Shown here piece by piece: positions 18,594 through 26,340 of a DNA stretch of 49,843 bases. The number at the start of each line of letters is the position of its first letter. Position 1 is the first letter of the stretch. Source of the DNA: a virus (lineage: Duplodnaviria; Caudoviricetes). The DNA is taken from the IMG/VR virus record IMGVR_UViG_3300032212_000017, positions 1 through 49,843 of that record; one strand, written 5' to 3'. The notes under the pieces are model-generated. The model was not told where the DNA came from and ran no database searches. It saw nothing but the letters and a program-made list of their open reading frames with translations. The position numbers and the translations under genes are program-made.

Positions 18594-18777
18594 TCCCTAG
18601 CTTCTCTAAAGCTTGTTCGATACTTGTACATATACTGACAAGCTGTTCTTTGTTTAGTTCCTCAGTACCCTGAATACAAGACATCAGCTTATTACACCCT
18701 CTGAGATACACCTGGAGATATTTCCCCTGTATATCATGTATTGCTTGTATACGTTGTTCTAAGTCGTCTGTGCTCAT
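18577..18777 (-). CDS. Hypothetical protein
   Basis: 66-aa coupled ORF. Confidence 0.55.
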   Translation of the reverse strand: MSTDDLEQRIQAIHDIQGKYLQVYLRGCNKLMSCIQGTEELNKEQLVSICTSIEQALEKLGSECSE

Positions 18778-19271
18778 ATCTTACGCTCCACAGTTACAAT
18801 AGTATCGTTATGCCACCCGCCATGTGCTACCAGTAATATCTCTTGAATTTCAAACCCGTATTTCTTACCGATACCACCTGAGTTCCAGCCGAATGTGATA
18901 CAAACGCCACCTGTCTTAGTCACTCTACTAACCTCTTTCTTTAAATTAGACCAGAAACTAGCTTGTGTTGTCTGCATATTGACTGTTCTACCCATTGACT
19001 TATAGCACTCAGATACTTGTCTTGGGCTGTACGGTGGATCGAACAACACTGTATCGTACACGCAGTCCTGAGTTTTCAAGAACTCTAATGCATCTTGATT
19101 GAACATCGTATCGAACTGCGGGTCGATATCATTAGTGACATCAGCTAATGTGTTTCCATTAGCAAACGGATCGCAGCTGTACCCTTGCATAACCCTGCCT
19201 AATAACTCATCGATAGGTTTTATACTAAACGTATTCTTATTCGGCATAGCCCATGCTCTGTTGATAATCAT
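18774..19271 (-). CDS. Small phage DNA methyltransferase (N6-adenine/N4-cytosine type)
   Basis: CDPFA (motif I-like) and the FDPPYS catalytic motif. Confidence 0.8.
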   Translation of the reverse strand: MIINRAWAMPNKNTFSIKPIDELLGRVMQGYSCDPFANGNTLADVTNDIDPQFDTMFNQDALEFLKTQDCVYDTVLFDPPYSPRQVSECYKSMGRTVNMQTTQASFWSNLKKEVSRVTKTGGVCITFGWNSGGIGKKYGFEIQEILLVAHGGWHNDTIVTVERKI

Positions 19272-19282
19272 AGTAAATTTCC

Positions 19283-19513
19283 TTACTTGTTTAAGTAAAC
19301 ATCACGCAATAACAGCTGTGATTTGATTTCAATATCGGTATAAACAATACACGTTTTTTCATTGGCAAATTCATAGCCCTCCAAGTCTTCGGTACATGCC
19401 ACGTTTATAAATCTTGGATCGACCCAGCTCTCTGTTTCCCGAAAAGCTTTTTGTGATGGGTAGACATTCAAGATTACTTCACCGTCTTTTAATTCTGTTG
19501 TGTAGACTTTCAT
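19283..19513 (-). CDS. Hypothetical protein
   Basis: 76-aa ORF with RBS. Confidence 0.6.
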   Translation of the reverse strand: MKVYTTELKDGEVILNVYPSQKAFRETESWVDPRFINVACTEDLEGYEFANEKTCIVYTDIEIKSQLLLRDVYLNK

Positions 19514-19636
19514 ACCTTACCTCCTACAATACACTCATTAACAAATAATCTCAGAAGATACATCATCGTTTCATGGTCAAGGTTATATCTCTTAGCTGCA
19601 TTAAACGTCCTGATCTGCATTTCGTGGAGCTTTTGT

Positions 19637-20005
19637 TCAGTCATCCTCTGTATCCTCTCTAATGTACCCTAATTCAACTAGTAGATCATCAGGTATCGTC
19701 TTATCCCTTTCAATCAGATAATTGTAAAACCTGTCTGGACTCATATGTATTTCACGAAGCCAATTAGTAATCATTTTGCGCCCTTTAGCTCTATTACAAG
19801 GTTTGCATACCAAGATTAAATTACCTATTCTGTTACTGCCGCATAAATGGTCAGGATTAATATGATCAATCTCCCCATACAGCGCGTAAAATGGAGTATC
19901 ACAATACGGACAGTCCGGCCAATAATCGTCTATTAACTCTATTTCCTTTCGGATCACTGTCTCCCGCCTATGGTTAAGACTACTTCGTTTCGTCCTCTTG
20001 CTCAT
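19637..20005 (-). CDS. HNH endonuclease
   Basis: CPYC...EIDHINP...N...NLILVCKPCNRAKG. Confidence 0.85.
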   Translation of the reverse strand: MSKRTKRSSLNHRRETVIRKEIELIDDYWPDCPYCDTPFYALYGEIDHINPDHLCGSNRIGNLILVCKPCNRAKGRKMITNWLREIHMSPDRFYNYLIERDKTIPDDLLVELGYIREDTEDD

Positions 20006-20216
20006 TACTATCCTCTATCGGCTGTTGCCTATTAAACAAAGAGGACTTAGTTTTCGTCTTATTTACAGTCCTCTCTATCCATTGACAAACTTCATATACA
20101 GAAGTTCCCGCCTTGAAGAAATAAAAAGCCTGTACAAGCTCACCCTGGACGATTCCTTCAAAGGCATCAAATTCAGCCTGGATGGTTCTTGTGTTAATCA
20201 TGTGTGATTGTTTCAT
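19980..20216 (-). CDS. Hypothetical protein
   Basis: Coupled coding-strand ORF. Confidence 0.55.
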   Translation of the reverse strand: MKQSHMINTRTIQAEFDAFEGIVQGELVQAFYFFKAGTSVYEVCQWIERTVNKTKTKSSLFNRQQPIEDSNEQEDETK

Positions 20217-20437
20217 TGTATATCCTTGGTAAATGTCAAGTGTTTTGGATTATCTGTATTACCTTCATACAGTGATACGTTGCCAGTGCGCATATCGACC
20301 CTGAAATTAATATACTTACATTCCCAGTTATCAAGGGCAAACTTAGAACCACTAGCCATAGTATGCGTATTTACAAAAGCACACACTGTATCTATATGGT
20401 TATCCCAGTTAGGTGATTCTGTTTTAACTATTTTCAT
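20213..20437 (-). CDS. Hypothetical protein
   Basis: Coupled coding-strand ORF. Confidence 0.6.
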   Translation of the reverse strand: MKIVKTESPNWDNHIDTVCAFVNTHTMASGSKFALDNWECKYINFRVDMRTGNVSLYEGNTDNPKHLTFTKDIQ

Positions 20438-20801
20438 TATATACCCCCTTAGTTAACGTTACTACAGCCTTACAGATGGCTATACATAACGTTTCACCTT
20501 CACCCTCATAATAATTATCAACATCAGTCATAAAACAGACTCGCCTGTTGCCTCCTAACAGCGTATATATATGAATACTGTTTCCGTTTGCTTCAACCTT
20601 TTCTAGTAAGTCCATAGCCTGCGCTTTATCTGTTGAGGGAGTGAATGCGCCCATATGATGAGTATATATCTCTGTTTCAATCTTTAAATAAAGATCATCT
20701 TCTTTCGGGCTGGTGTGTACTGGATTGGTGCCTGTGTATATCTCACACTCTCCGTACTTCCATTTCAAAGCCTCGGCAACTTCTTTGTCTAATTCATACA
20801 T
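20424..20801 (-). CDS. NinX/DUF2591-like phage protein (paralog B)
   Basis: LDKEVAEALKW...FTPSTDKAQAM...AICKA; start moved to the ATG at 20801. Confidence 0.65.
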   Translation of the reverse strand: MYELDKEVAEALKWKYGECEIYTGTNPVHTSPKEDDLYLKIETEIYTHHMGAFTPSTDKAQAMDLLEKVEANGNSIHIYTLLGGNRRVCFMTDVDNYYEGEGETLCIAICKAVVTLTKGVYNENS

Positions 20802-20994
20802 TGCATTCCCCCTCGAACCCACGCAGTAATAACGCTGTATGCATTAAACCATGTACACGACAGGCTTTATGGCCGTACACGTACCCATCATCCAGCTTTA
20901 AAGGGATGAACATCATTATCTGCTCACCGTTCTGTACGAAGTCAATACCTCTTGACTGGATGAAATCTGTGATATCATTGTGTGAACCGTTCAT
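20794..20994 (-). CDS. Hypothetical protein
   Basis: 66-aa ORF with RBS. Confidence 0.55.
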   Translation of the reverse strand: MNGSHNDITDFIQSRGIDFVQNGEQIMMFIPLKLDDGYVYGHKACRVHGLMHTALLLRGFEGECNV

Positions 20995-21163
20995 ACCTTA
21001 TTCTCCTTTACTAGTTTCTCTAACTCACTGATTGTTTCATCCAAGAAATCAGTCAATAAAGAATAGCTAATACCACCTGCTTCTATAGGGAATTGATTAA
21101 TCCCGTTCTTAATCTCTTTCGCTGTAAGGACAGCCGTTTCTAATTTACCTATATCAACGTTAT

Positions 21164-21418
21164 TCATACCTTATCCCCTATAGATCTCAGAATAGACTGA
21201 TCAGCAGCCTTGAACTGTGCCTTGAGCTGCTTGTGTGTACGCTCAGCACCTGATAGTACCTGAATAGCTACCCTAGCATTCCTGCCTCTGTCAGCCATTA
21301 TATTAGCCTCGTGAGTGTCCATGAATACACCCTCTTGATGCTGAACGTAGTTCACTGGGTCTGTGTAGTACAGTAAAGCTTGTTTAAGCTGTTTGTATTC
21401 TTGTGTTGTTATTTGCAT
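21164..21418 (-). CDS. Hypothetical early protein
   Basis: 84 aa, AAGGAG RBS. Confidence 0.65.
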   Translation of the reverse strand: MQITTQEYKQLKQALLYYTDPVNYVQHQEGVFMDTHEANIMADRGRNARVAIQVLSGAERTHKQLKAQFKAADQSILRSIGDKV

Positions 21419-21428
21419 GTTCTTCTCC

Positions 21429-21719
21429 TTAAATCAACTTAGAAGCTGAGTTCATAGCATTGTTGTACCCTTCAACATATCCGAACATTTCCTGCTTAGA
21501 GCTGAAATGACGTTGCATGGGTACACAGTGCCGCTGATCAAATACAGTGATAGACAGCGCACCTCGTGAGTCCTGCTTGCCGAATACTATGTACCGGATA
21601 TCTATATCAGACCGTGAACTGAAGTTATTACAGAACGTCTGGAATTGTGCTGGCATGTGACGCTCGTTATCAGCTAGTCGGAAGCTGTTAGTTTTGTACT
21701 CTGTATCTGTTGTATTCAT
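21429..21719 (-). CDS. Hypothetical early protein
   Basis: 96 aa, AGGTG RBS, downstream of a predicted promoter. Confidence 0.65.
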   Translation of the reverse strand: MNTTDTEYKTNSFRLADNERHMPAQFQTFCNNFSSRSDIDIRYIVFGKQDSRGALSITVFDQRHCVPMQRHFSSKQEMFGYVEGYNNAMNSASKLI

Positions 21720-21772
21720 ATATCACCTATTCAATCTGTTAGTAGTTGATTTGTACGCTCAGTGGTGGGAGT

Positions 21773-21801
21773 AATGTATCATACTGTTTATCAAGATACA
21801 A
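21773..21801 (-). promoter_or_regulatory. Putative sigma70 early promoter
   Basis: TTGTAT-N17-TACATT with a TGn extension, in an intergenic gap. Confidence 0.5.
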
Positions 21802-22091
21802 CTTATTGTGGTGTACTTATCGAAATCACCCATAATAAGAACACAGCCACCCATATCCATTCATTTTGTAAGATATACTCAATCATCTGGATATCTCCGT
21901 CTGATTAATAAACATCTGTACGTTGTACCCATGTTGCTGCTTACCTGTTCTAAAGCTGAGCTGGATAAAGTACTCTGCTTGTTTCAGGGCTGCACGTAGT
22001 TCTTGGCGGATCTGGGTTTGTTCTTGTTGTCTTGCGATCTGTTTGTCGAATATGCTCATGGTTTAGTCCTCTGTTATCATACTTAAGCTTG

Positions 22092-22328
22092 CTAAAAATT
22101 GGCTTTATACACCACTCTATTCGTTGTAGCATCAACAATGCATACTGGAAAGCCTTCAGCTAATGCTTCAGCCTTAGCTCCTACATAACTACCAGTAAAT
22201 GACCAGTAACAGTCAGGTGTACCGCCCCATTCATCTAAATAATCTAGATGTTCACCTAACGAGACCATGTTACCCTCTCCATCATCAAAGCCTTCATTAG
22301 TGCCATTAAAAAATAAATATTCGTTCAT
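22092..22328 (-). CDS. Hypothetical early protein
   Basis: 78-aa acidic ORF with RBS. Confidence 0.6.
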   Translation of the reverse strand: MNEYLFFNGTNEGFDDGEGNMVSLGEHLDYLDEWGGTPDCYWSFTGSYVGAKAEALAEGFPVCIVDATTNRVVYKANF

Positions 22329-22438
22329 CAGTCGTCCTTCCTTCCACCCTGATGGGTGAGTATATAGATAAAACGGTAAACCCCCGCAAGGGTGATTATG
22401 ATTGCTAGTGTGATTAGAGCTAACATATCAAATACCAT

Positions 22439-22654
22439 TCACTCTATCATAGCCGCACCTGTAAGATGCCAACCTTTAAATGTACGATCTTCAGCAATAG
22501 CAGCCACCTGTAGTCCGTGTTTAGTAAAGTGTGGTAACAGAGTATCGACATCAAAATAATCCATCTCTTCAGCTGAATCGATAGATACCCAACCCCTTGA
22601 GGTATTCCACCATAAATTTCTGTCACCATGTTTACGTACTATAAGATAATTCAT
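22439..22654 (-). CDS. Hypothetical early protein (first gene of the left arm)
   Basis: 71 aa, GAGG RBS. Confidence 0.6.
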   Translation of the reverse strand: MNYLIVRKHGDRNLWWNTSRGWVSIDSAEEMDYFDVDTLLPHFTKHGLQVAAIAEDRTFKGWHLTGAAMIE

Positions 22655-22714
22655 TCTCTTAATCCTCTATTAACGCATCGCTTATCAGCTCTGCTGTTCG
22701 TTGTGTATGGTTAC

Positions 22715-22742
22715 ATAATACACTGATTCACTGATAATGCAA
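22715..22742 (-). promoter_or_regulatory. Putative sigma70 promoter for the left (early) arm
   Basis: TTGCAT-N16-TATTAT, about 60 nt upstream of the first leftward gene. Confidence 0.5.
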
Positions 22743-22888
22743 TAGCTGAACTATACCGTTCATCCGGTATACTGTATAAATACAGCTGAGCTACAGGTAA
22801 ATCTAGCTGTCATAACAGTAAAGAATCAATAACTTACAGCTGAATATAACCGCTTGTCTGAAATACTGTAAATAACCTTAAATAAATT

Positions 22889-22915
22889 GAACTAAATTGA
22901 ATATAAATGGTCTAA
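22889..22915 (+). promoter_or_regulatory. Putative sigmaE/ECF-type promoter 1
   Basis: GAACTA-N16-TCTAA preceded by AAATAAATT, the same upstream string as at 24783. Confidence 0.6.
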
Positions 22916-22999
22916 TAAGTAGTCTTATTGTTCAAGGACAGACGATAAGACGCTTACCCTTATATAGTAAAGGACGAGTCACGTCAGAGACGAGGACTC

Positions 23000-23537
23000 T
23001 TAGCTGATAATATATTAAAGTCAAGATCAAAGTCAAAACATGGATAGAGTGATAAATACTAAATGTTGTTATCATATTCTTATAGACAGAGTGAAGAACT
23101 GATAGTTCAAAGTATTATAGTTCATACAGCGTAACACCATGATAGTTATAGTCTATAACATACAGTATAATGATTGATTTAGCTAATATAATCAGATAGT
23201 TATGATTAAGATAGAATACATAGATAATGATTGATGATAACTAGTATTCAAGTAATTGATTGAATAGTTAGTAAATGATAGGTGTAATATACCCTAGTAA
23301 TGACCCATAAACATTACTTATCCATATAATACACGGGATAGTACCGACTACAGATTACAGCTATAAGCCCTGGTTATGACAGCTATACACTCGGTTAATC
23401 AAGGATATAAGCAGATTATTATATAAGGGGTATGGGGGAATGTTTGAGTAGAAGATAAATTGGGGTACCCACCAGCATAAATTTTAACAGTTTCTAGAAG
23501 TTTTTGTTTTTAGTTCGTTTAACCTACGAGGCACTGT
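23000..23537. other. AT-rich non-coding region, likely genome termini and/or origin
   Basis: No ORF of 60 aa or more, repeated (G/T/A)ATAGTT, G-rich GGGGTATGGGGG and GGGGTACCC, and position between the divergent arms. Confidence 0.5.
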
Positions 23538-23750
23538 ATGGACGAAGATGAATACGATACACAGTACGAGTACGACCTAGACTCTTACCACCTCCAGACA
23601 GCTCTTGAATTAGCTCTCGGAACTGATGAGGTTCTAAGTAACGAGGATGTACCTCCTGAGATCAGGATACGTACAGTCCTTCAAGCAACTAACATCTTCC
23701 TGAAGTGTATGACTGAGGAAGGGTATATCGAAGGAGCATTGGGACAATGA
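23538..23750 (+). CDS. Acidic hypothetical protein
   Basis: 70 aa, GAGG RBS, first gene of the right arm. Confidence 0.65.
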   Translation: MDEDEYDTQYEYDLDSYHLQTALELALGTDEVLSNEDVPPEIRIRTVLQATNIFLKCMTEEGYIEGALGQ

Positions 23751-23992
23751 TTTATATGTGGTCAGAAGCTATACCTGTATTCTGTAAACAATACAAGTAC
23801 GGACAGAGAGTACATGGTTTAAGACAGAATTATATTCGTCCTGATACTCTGTACATCTTCGATTGGGAGTTTGATACCGTAGACCCTGAATATACAAGGA
23901 AGTTGTTGTACAAAGCTTATATTCCAGCTTTAAGGAATAGTACAGGACTAATTATACAAGACTTAGATTACAATCTCTCGGAATACGAATGA
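23747..23992 (+). CDS. Mini-protein homologous to the terminase ATPase Walker B region
   Basis: GQRVHGLRQNYIRPDTLYIFDWEFD aligns ungapped to TerL GQKIRGRKWRGKRPDLIVIDDLEND, followed by KL...K..IP.L...G.I. Confidence 0.7.
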   Translation: MIYMWSEAIPVFCKQYKYGQRVHGLRQNYIRPDTLYIFDWEFDTVDPEYTRKLLYKAYIPALRNSTGLIIQDLDYNLSEYE

Positions 23993-24408
23993 CCACCATC
24001 GCATACAAGGATGGGGTTATAGCAGTAGACTCTCGGTGCACCAGAGATAATACAATCGTTTCAGACAGCTATAACAAAATCAAGGTAGTACAAGACGTAC
24101 AGTTCATCCTGTGCGGTGTACTGAGTGAAGAGCAAGCCTTTATTTCAGCTTACTTCGGAGAAGAGCCACAGGACGAGATAGAGATGTCAGCTCTGGTTGT
24201 ACATCAGAACAGGGTGTACTCAGTAGTCTTCGACCAGGGGAAGATTTACAAGCTGGATATCACCGGTTCAACAGATGCGATGGGTTCAGGTGAAGACCAT
24301 GCTTTAACAGCTATGGATCTTGGACTGAGTGCTAAGGAGGCTGTCCGAATGGCAGCTAAGAGAGACACAGGGACAGGTGGACGGATTAGAGTTCTGGAGG
24401 TTAAATGA
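23989..24408 (+). CDS. Ntn-hydrolase (HslV/proteasome beta-like) protein
   Basis: N-terminal MTTIA...DSRCT, plus AMGSG and D..TGG motifs. Confidence 0.8.
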   Translation: MTTIAYKDGVIAVDSRCTRDNTIVSDSYNKIKVVQDVQFILCGVLSEEQAFISAYFGEEPQDEIEMSALVVHQNRVYSVVFDQGKIYKLDITGSTDAMGSGEDHALTAMDLGLSAKEAVRMAAKRDTGTGGRIRVLEVK

Positions 24409-24534
24409 GTAAACTACGCAGAGAGCCACAAAAAAAGAGCAGTATCCCGCACGAGCTAGAGCAACTACGGTGGGACCTAGCGTTTAGCAAAGACCCTGAG
24501 AAGAAAGCCAAGTTACTGAAGGAGATCGAAGAGT

Positions 24535-24756
24535 ATGAGCAAAGAGCTGAAAAGTTATCTAAATAGCTGGTTAAAACTCAGCTTAGGTACAGATACTGAA
24601 GTGACTGATCAGGACACGTACTGGAACAGGCATGGTGGGTCATACATAACTCCTAGCCGCACTGAATGGACTATAGGTAACCAAACACTTGATGGGCGTA
24701 AGGTAGTAGGGTACGGGTTCTTTGGAGAGCCTATTTTTGGGATGGAATTGCCTTAA
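24535..24756 (+). CDS. Hypothetical protein
   Basis: 73-aa ORF. Confidence 0.55.
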   Translation: MSKELKSYLNSWLKLSLGTDTEVTDQDTYWNRHGGSYITPSRTEWTIGNQTLDGRKVVGYGFFGEPIFGMELP

Positions 24757-24791
24757 AACATACCGCTCGTCGGAAACATTGAAAATAAATT

Positions 24792-24818
24792 GAACTTTTT
24801 TGCTTTTGTGTTGTCAAA
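24792..24818 (+). promoter_or_regulatory. Putative sigmaE/ECF-type promoter 2
   Basis: GAACTT-N16-TCAAA, matching the RpoE consensus, upstream of the packaging/structural operon. Confidence 0.65.
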
Positions 24819-24823
24819 TAGGG

Positions 24824-25205
24824 AAAGGAAGTACAAGTAATCAATTAGTTGCTTGAATACTAAGATGGGTTTAAGGTTTCAGTAAGAAAACGATAAGATA
24901 CTTCACACTGTTGTAAAGGTTCCTTTTAACTTGTAGGCCCACATCGAATAGGTACATGGTTATCTACCTCCCCTCGCTATTGCGTTTTTATGGGTTAAAG
25001 ATAACCTTTTCTAAAAGGGACGAATAAATCTTATAATAGTCCTTCTTTTACTCTCACGCCAAGAAGAATATCAGTCAGTTTCCGTATCGAGGCTTAAGGC
25101 GCACCAGAGAGTTCTTTATTCTCTCCCTCTCAGGAGGTGGTCTAGGAAATGTCTACCTTAGACAGTACGCAAGGATGATATCATTTCAGCTACCTAGGAG
25201 GTAGT
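24824..25205 (+). ncRNA. Candidate structured leader or ncRNA
   Basis: About 380 nt without an ORF, with at least seven successive or nested stems found by eye. Confidence 0.45.
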
Positions 25206-25207
25206 AC

Positions 25208-25411
25208 ATGTCTAGTTTATTCCTGATCTTTACTTTATGCGGTGTCCCTCAGTACTTTGTCCTAAGCTCCTCAGAACATCAGCTAGATGGTCCTCCATCT
25301 TATATAGCTGGTAAAATGTCCTTAGAAGCTTTCAAGGGTATTCTAGAGAACGACAAGTACATCAAGAAAGAAATTAAACTAGATCAAGTCACAGGAATGT
25401 ATTGCGCGTAA
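25208..25411 (+). CDS. Hypothetical protein with hydrophobic N-terminus
   Basis: 67 aa, AGGAGG RBS lying within a hairpin. Confidence 0.6.
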   Translation: MSSLFLIFTLCGVPQYFVLSSSEHQLDGPPSYIAGKMSLEAFKGILENDKYIKKEIKLDQVTGMYCA

Positions 25412-25412
25412 T

Positions 25413-26153
25413 ATGGCTAAAATAAGAGCTAAGAAAGTACAAGCCGCTGAACAGGCCGCAATCAAGGCAAAGCGCCAGAAAGAGAAGGAAGAGGCTGAGG
25501 CGCAAGGCTTAGTATGGACACCTCCTAAAATAGGTGGTCAGTTCAAAGATGATGATATCCAATCGTTTCTAAAGCATACAAAAGAGGTCATGGAAGTCCT
25601 TGAGCATGTACAAGATATCCAGATCACACACCCTTCGTTCTATGTAACTAACAAGAACATCAAGACAGCTGATAAGTTCTTAGCTGTTGCAGCTTACCTT
25701 GTTTTCGGTAATTCAAGACTTGCTTCTAAGTTCATGGGTGGCAGGGTAAAACCAGGAACTATCAGGAAGTGGAAACACGACAACACTTGGTATCCTGAAG
25801 TTGAGCAAGCGATCAAGAAGTCCCAAGGTTGGAAGTGGGACGCTAAAGCAACCAGTATCATAGATAAAGCCTCAGACGCGATACTAGAGCGTTTAGAGAA
25901 AGGTGATGAGGTTATTACAGCTAAGGGTGAAACCCTACACAGAGCTGTGAGTGCTAAGGATGCAGCTAGTGTCCTGACACAGACCTTTAACACCAGAGCA
26001 TTACAGCGCGGTGATCCGACTTCTCGCTCAGAGAAGAGTGCAACATCAGATGACCGTTTAAAGAAACTAGAACAAGCTTTCCGTGATATGGGTGCTCAGG
26101 CAAAACCTATCGAAGGAGAGGTTGTGATTGAAAAGGATACAAAAGATGCCTAG
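25413..26153 (+). CDS. Terminase small subunit (putative)
   Basis: HTH-like KPGTIRKWK..W, then ERLEKGD and RG.PTS; lies upstream of TerL. Confidence 0.7.
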   Translation: MAKIRAKKVQAAEQAAIKAKRQKEKEEAEAQGLVWTPPKIGGQFKDDDIQSFLKHTKEVMEVLEHVQDIQITHPSFYVTNKNIKTADKFLAVAAYLVFGNSRLASKFMGGRVKPGTIRKWKHDNTWYPEVEQAIKKSQGWKWDAKATSIIDKASDAILERLEKGDEVITAKGETLHRAVSAKDAASVLTQTFNTRALQRGDPTSRSEKSATSDDRLKKLEQAFRDMGAQAKPIEGEVVIEKDTKDA

Positions 26154-26328
26154 CAACACCAAGAAAGATAAAAAGAAGCCATTACCTGCTGAAGAACTAG
26201 GTACAGGTATGGCAAGTAAAGCAGGTGAAGCTTTATCTCGTAAGCGTAAATCACGTATGCAGCAGATTGAAGCAATGACCACAGGGCGCAGAGCAAGACG
26301 AGACCAGCAGCGCAAAGACGAGAAGTAA
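26146..26328 (+). CDS. Small basic protein
   Basis: MPSNTKKDKKK...LGTGMA; K/R-rich. Confidence 0.55.
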   Translation: MPSNTKKDKKKPLPAEELGTGMASKAGEALSRKRKSRMQQIEAMTTGRRARRDQQRKDEK

Positions 26329-26340
26329 GGGTTTTAATAC

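Noticed and set aside
186-22000. Plus-strand ORFs in the left arm and minus-strand ORFs in the right arm of the six-frame track
   Set aside because: They are antisense shadows of well-supported genes and lack RBSs and motifs.
22772-22785. CTGTATAAATACAG as a LexA (SOS) box
   Set aside because: It is CTG-N8-CAG (14 bp), two bases short of the gammaproteobacterial CTG-N10-CAG box. It may still be an operator palindrome, but this is unsupported.
22660-25207. tRNA genes or a CRISPR array in the non-coding regions
   Set aside because: No cloverleaf with a T-loop GTTCRA and no regularly spaced repeats were seen.
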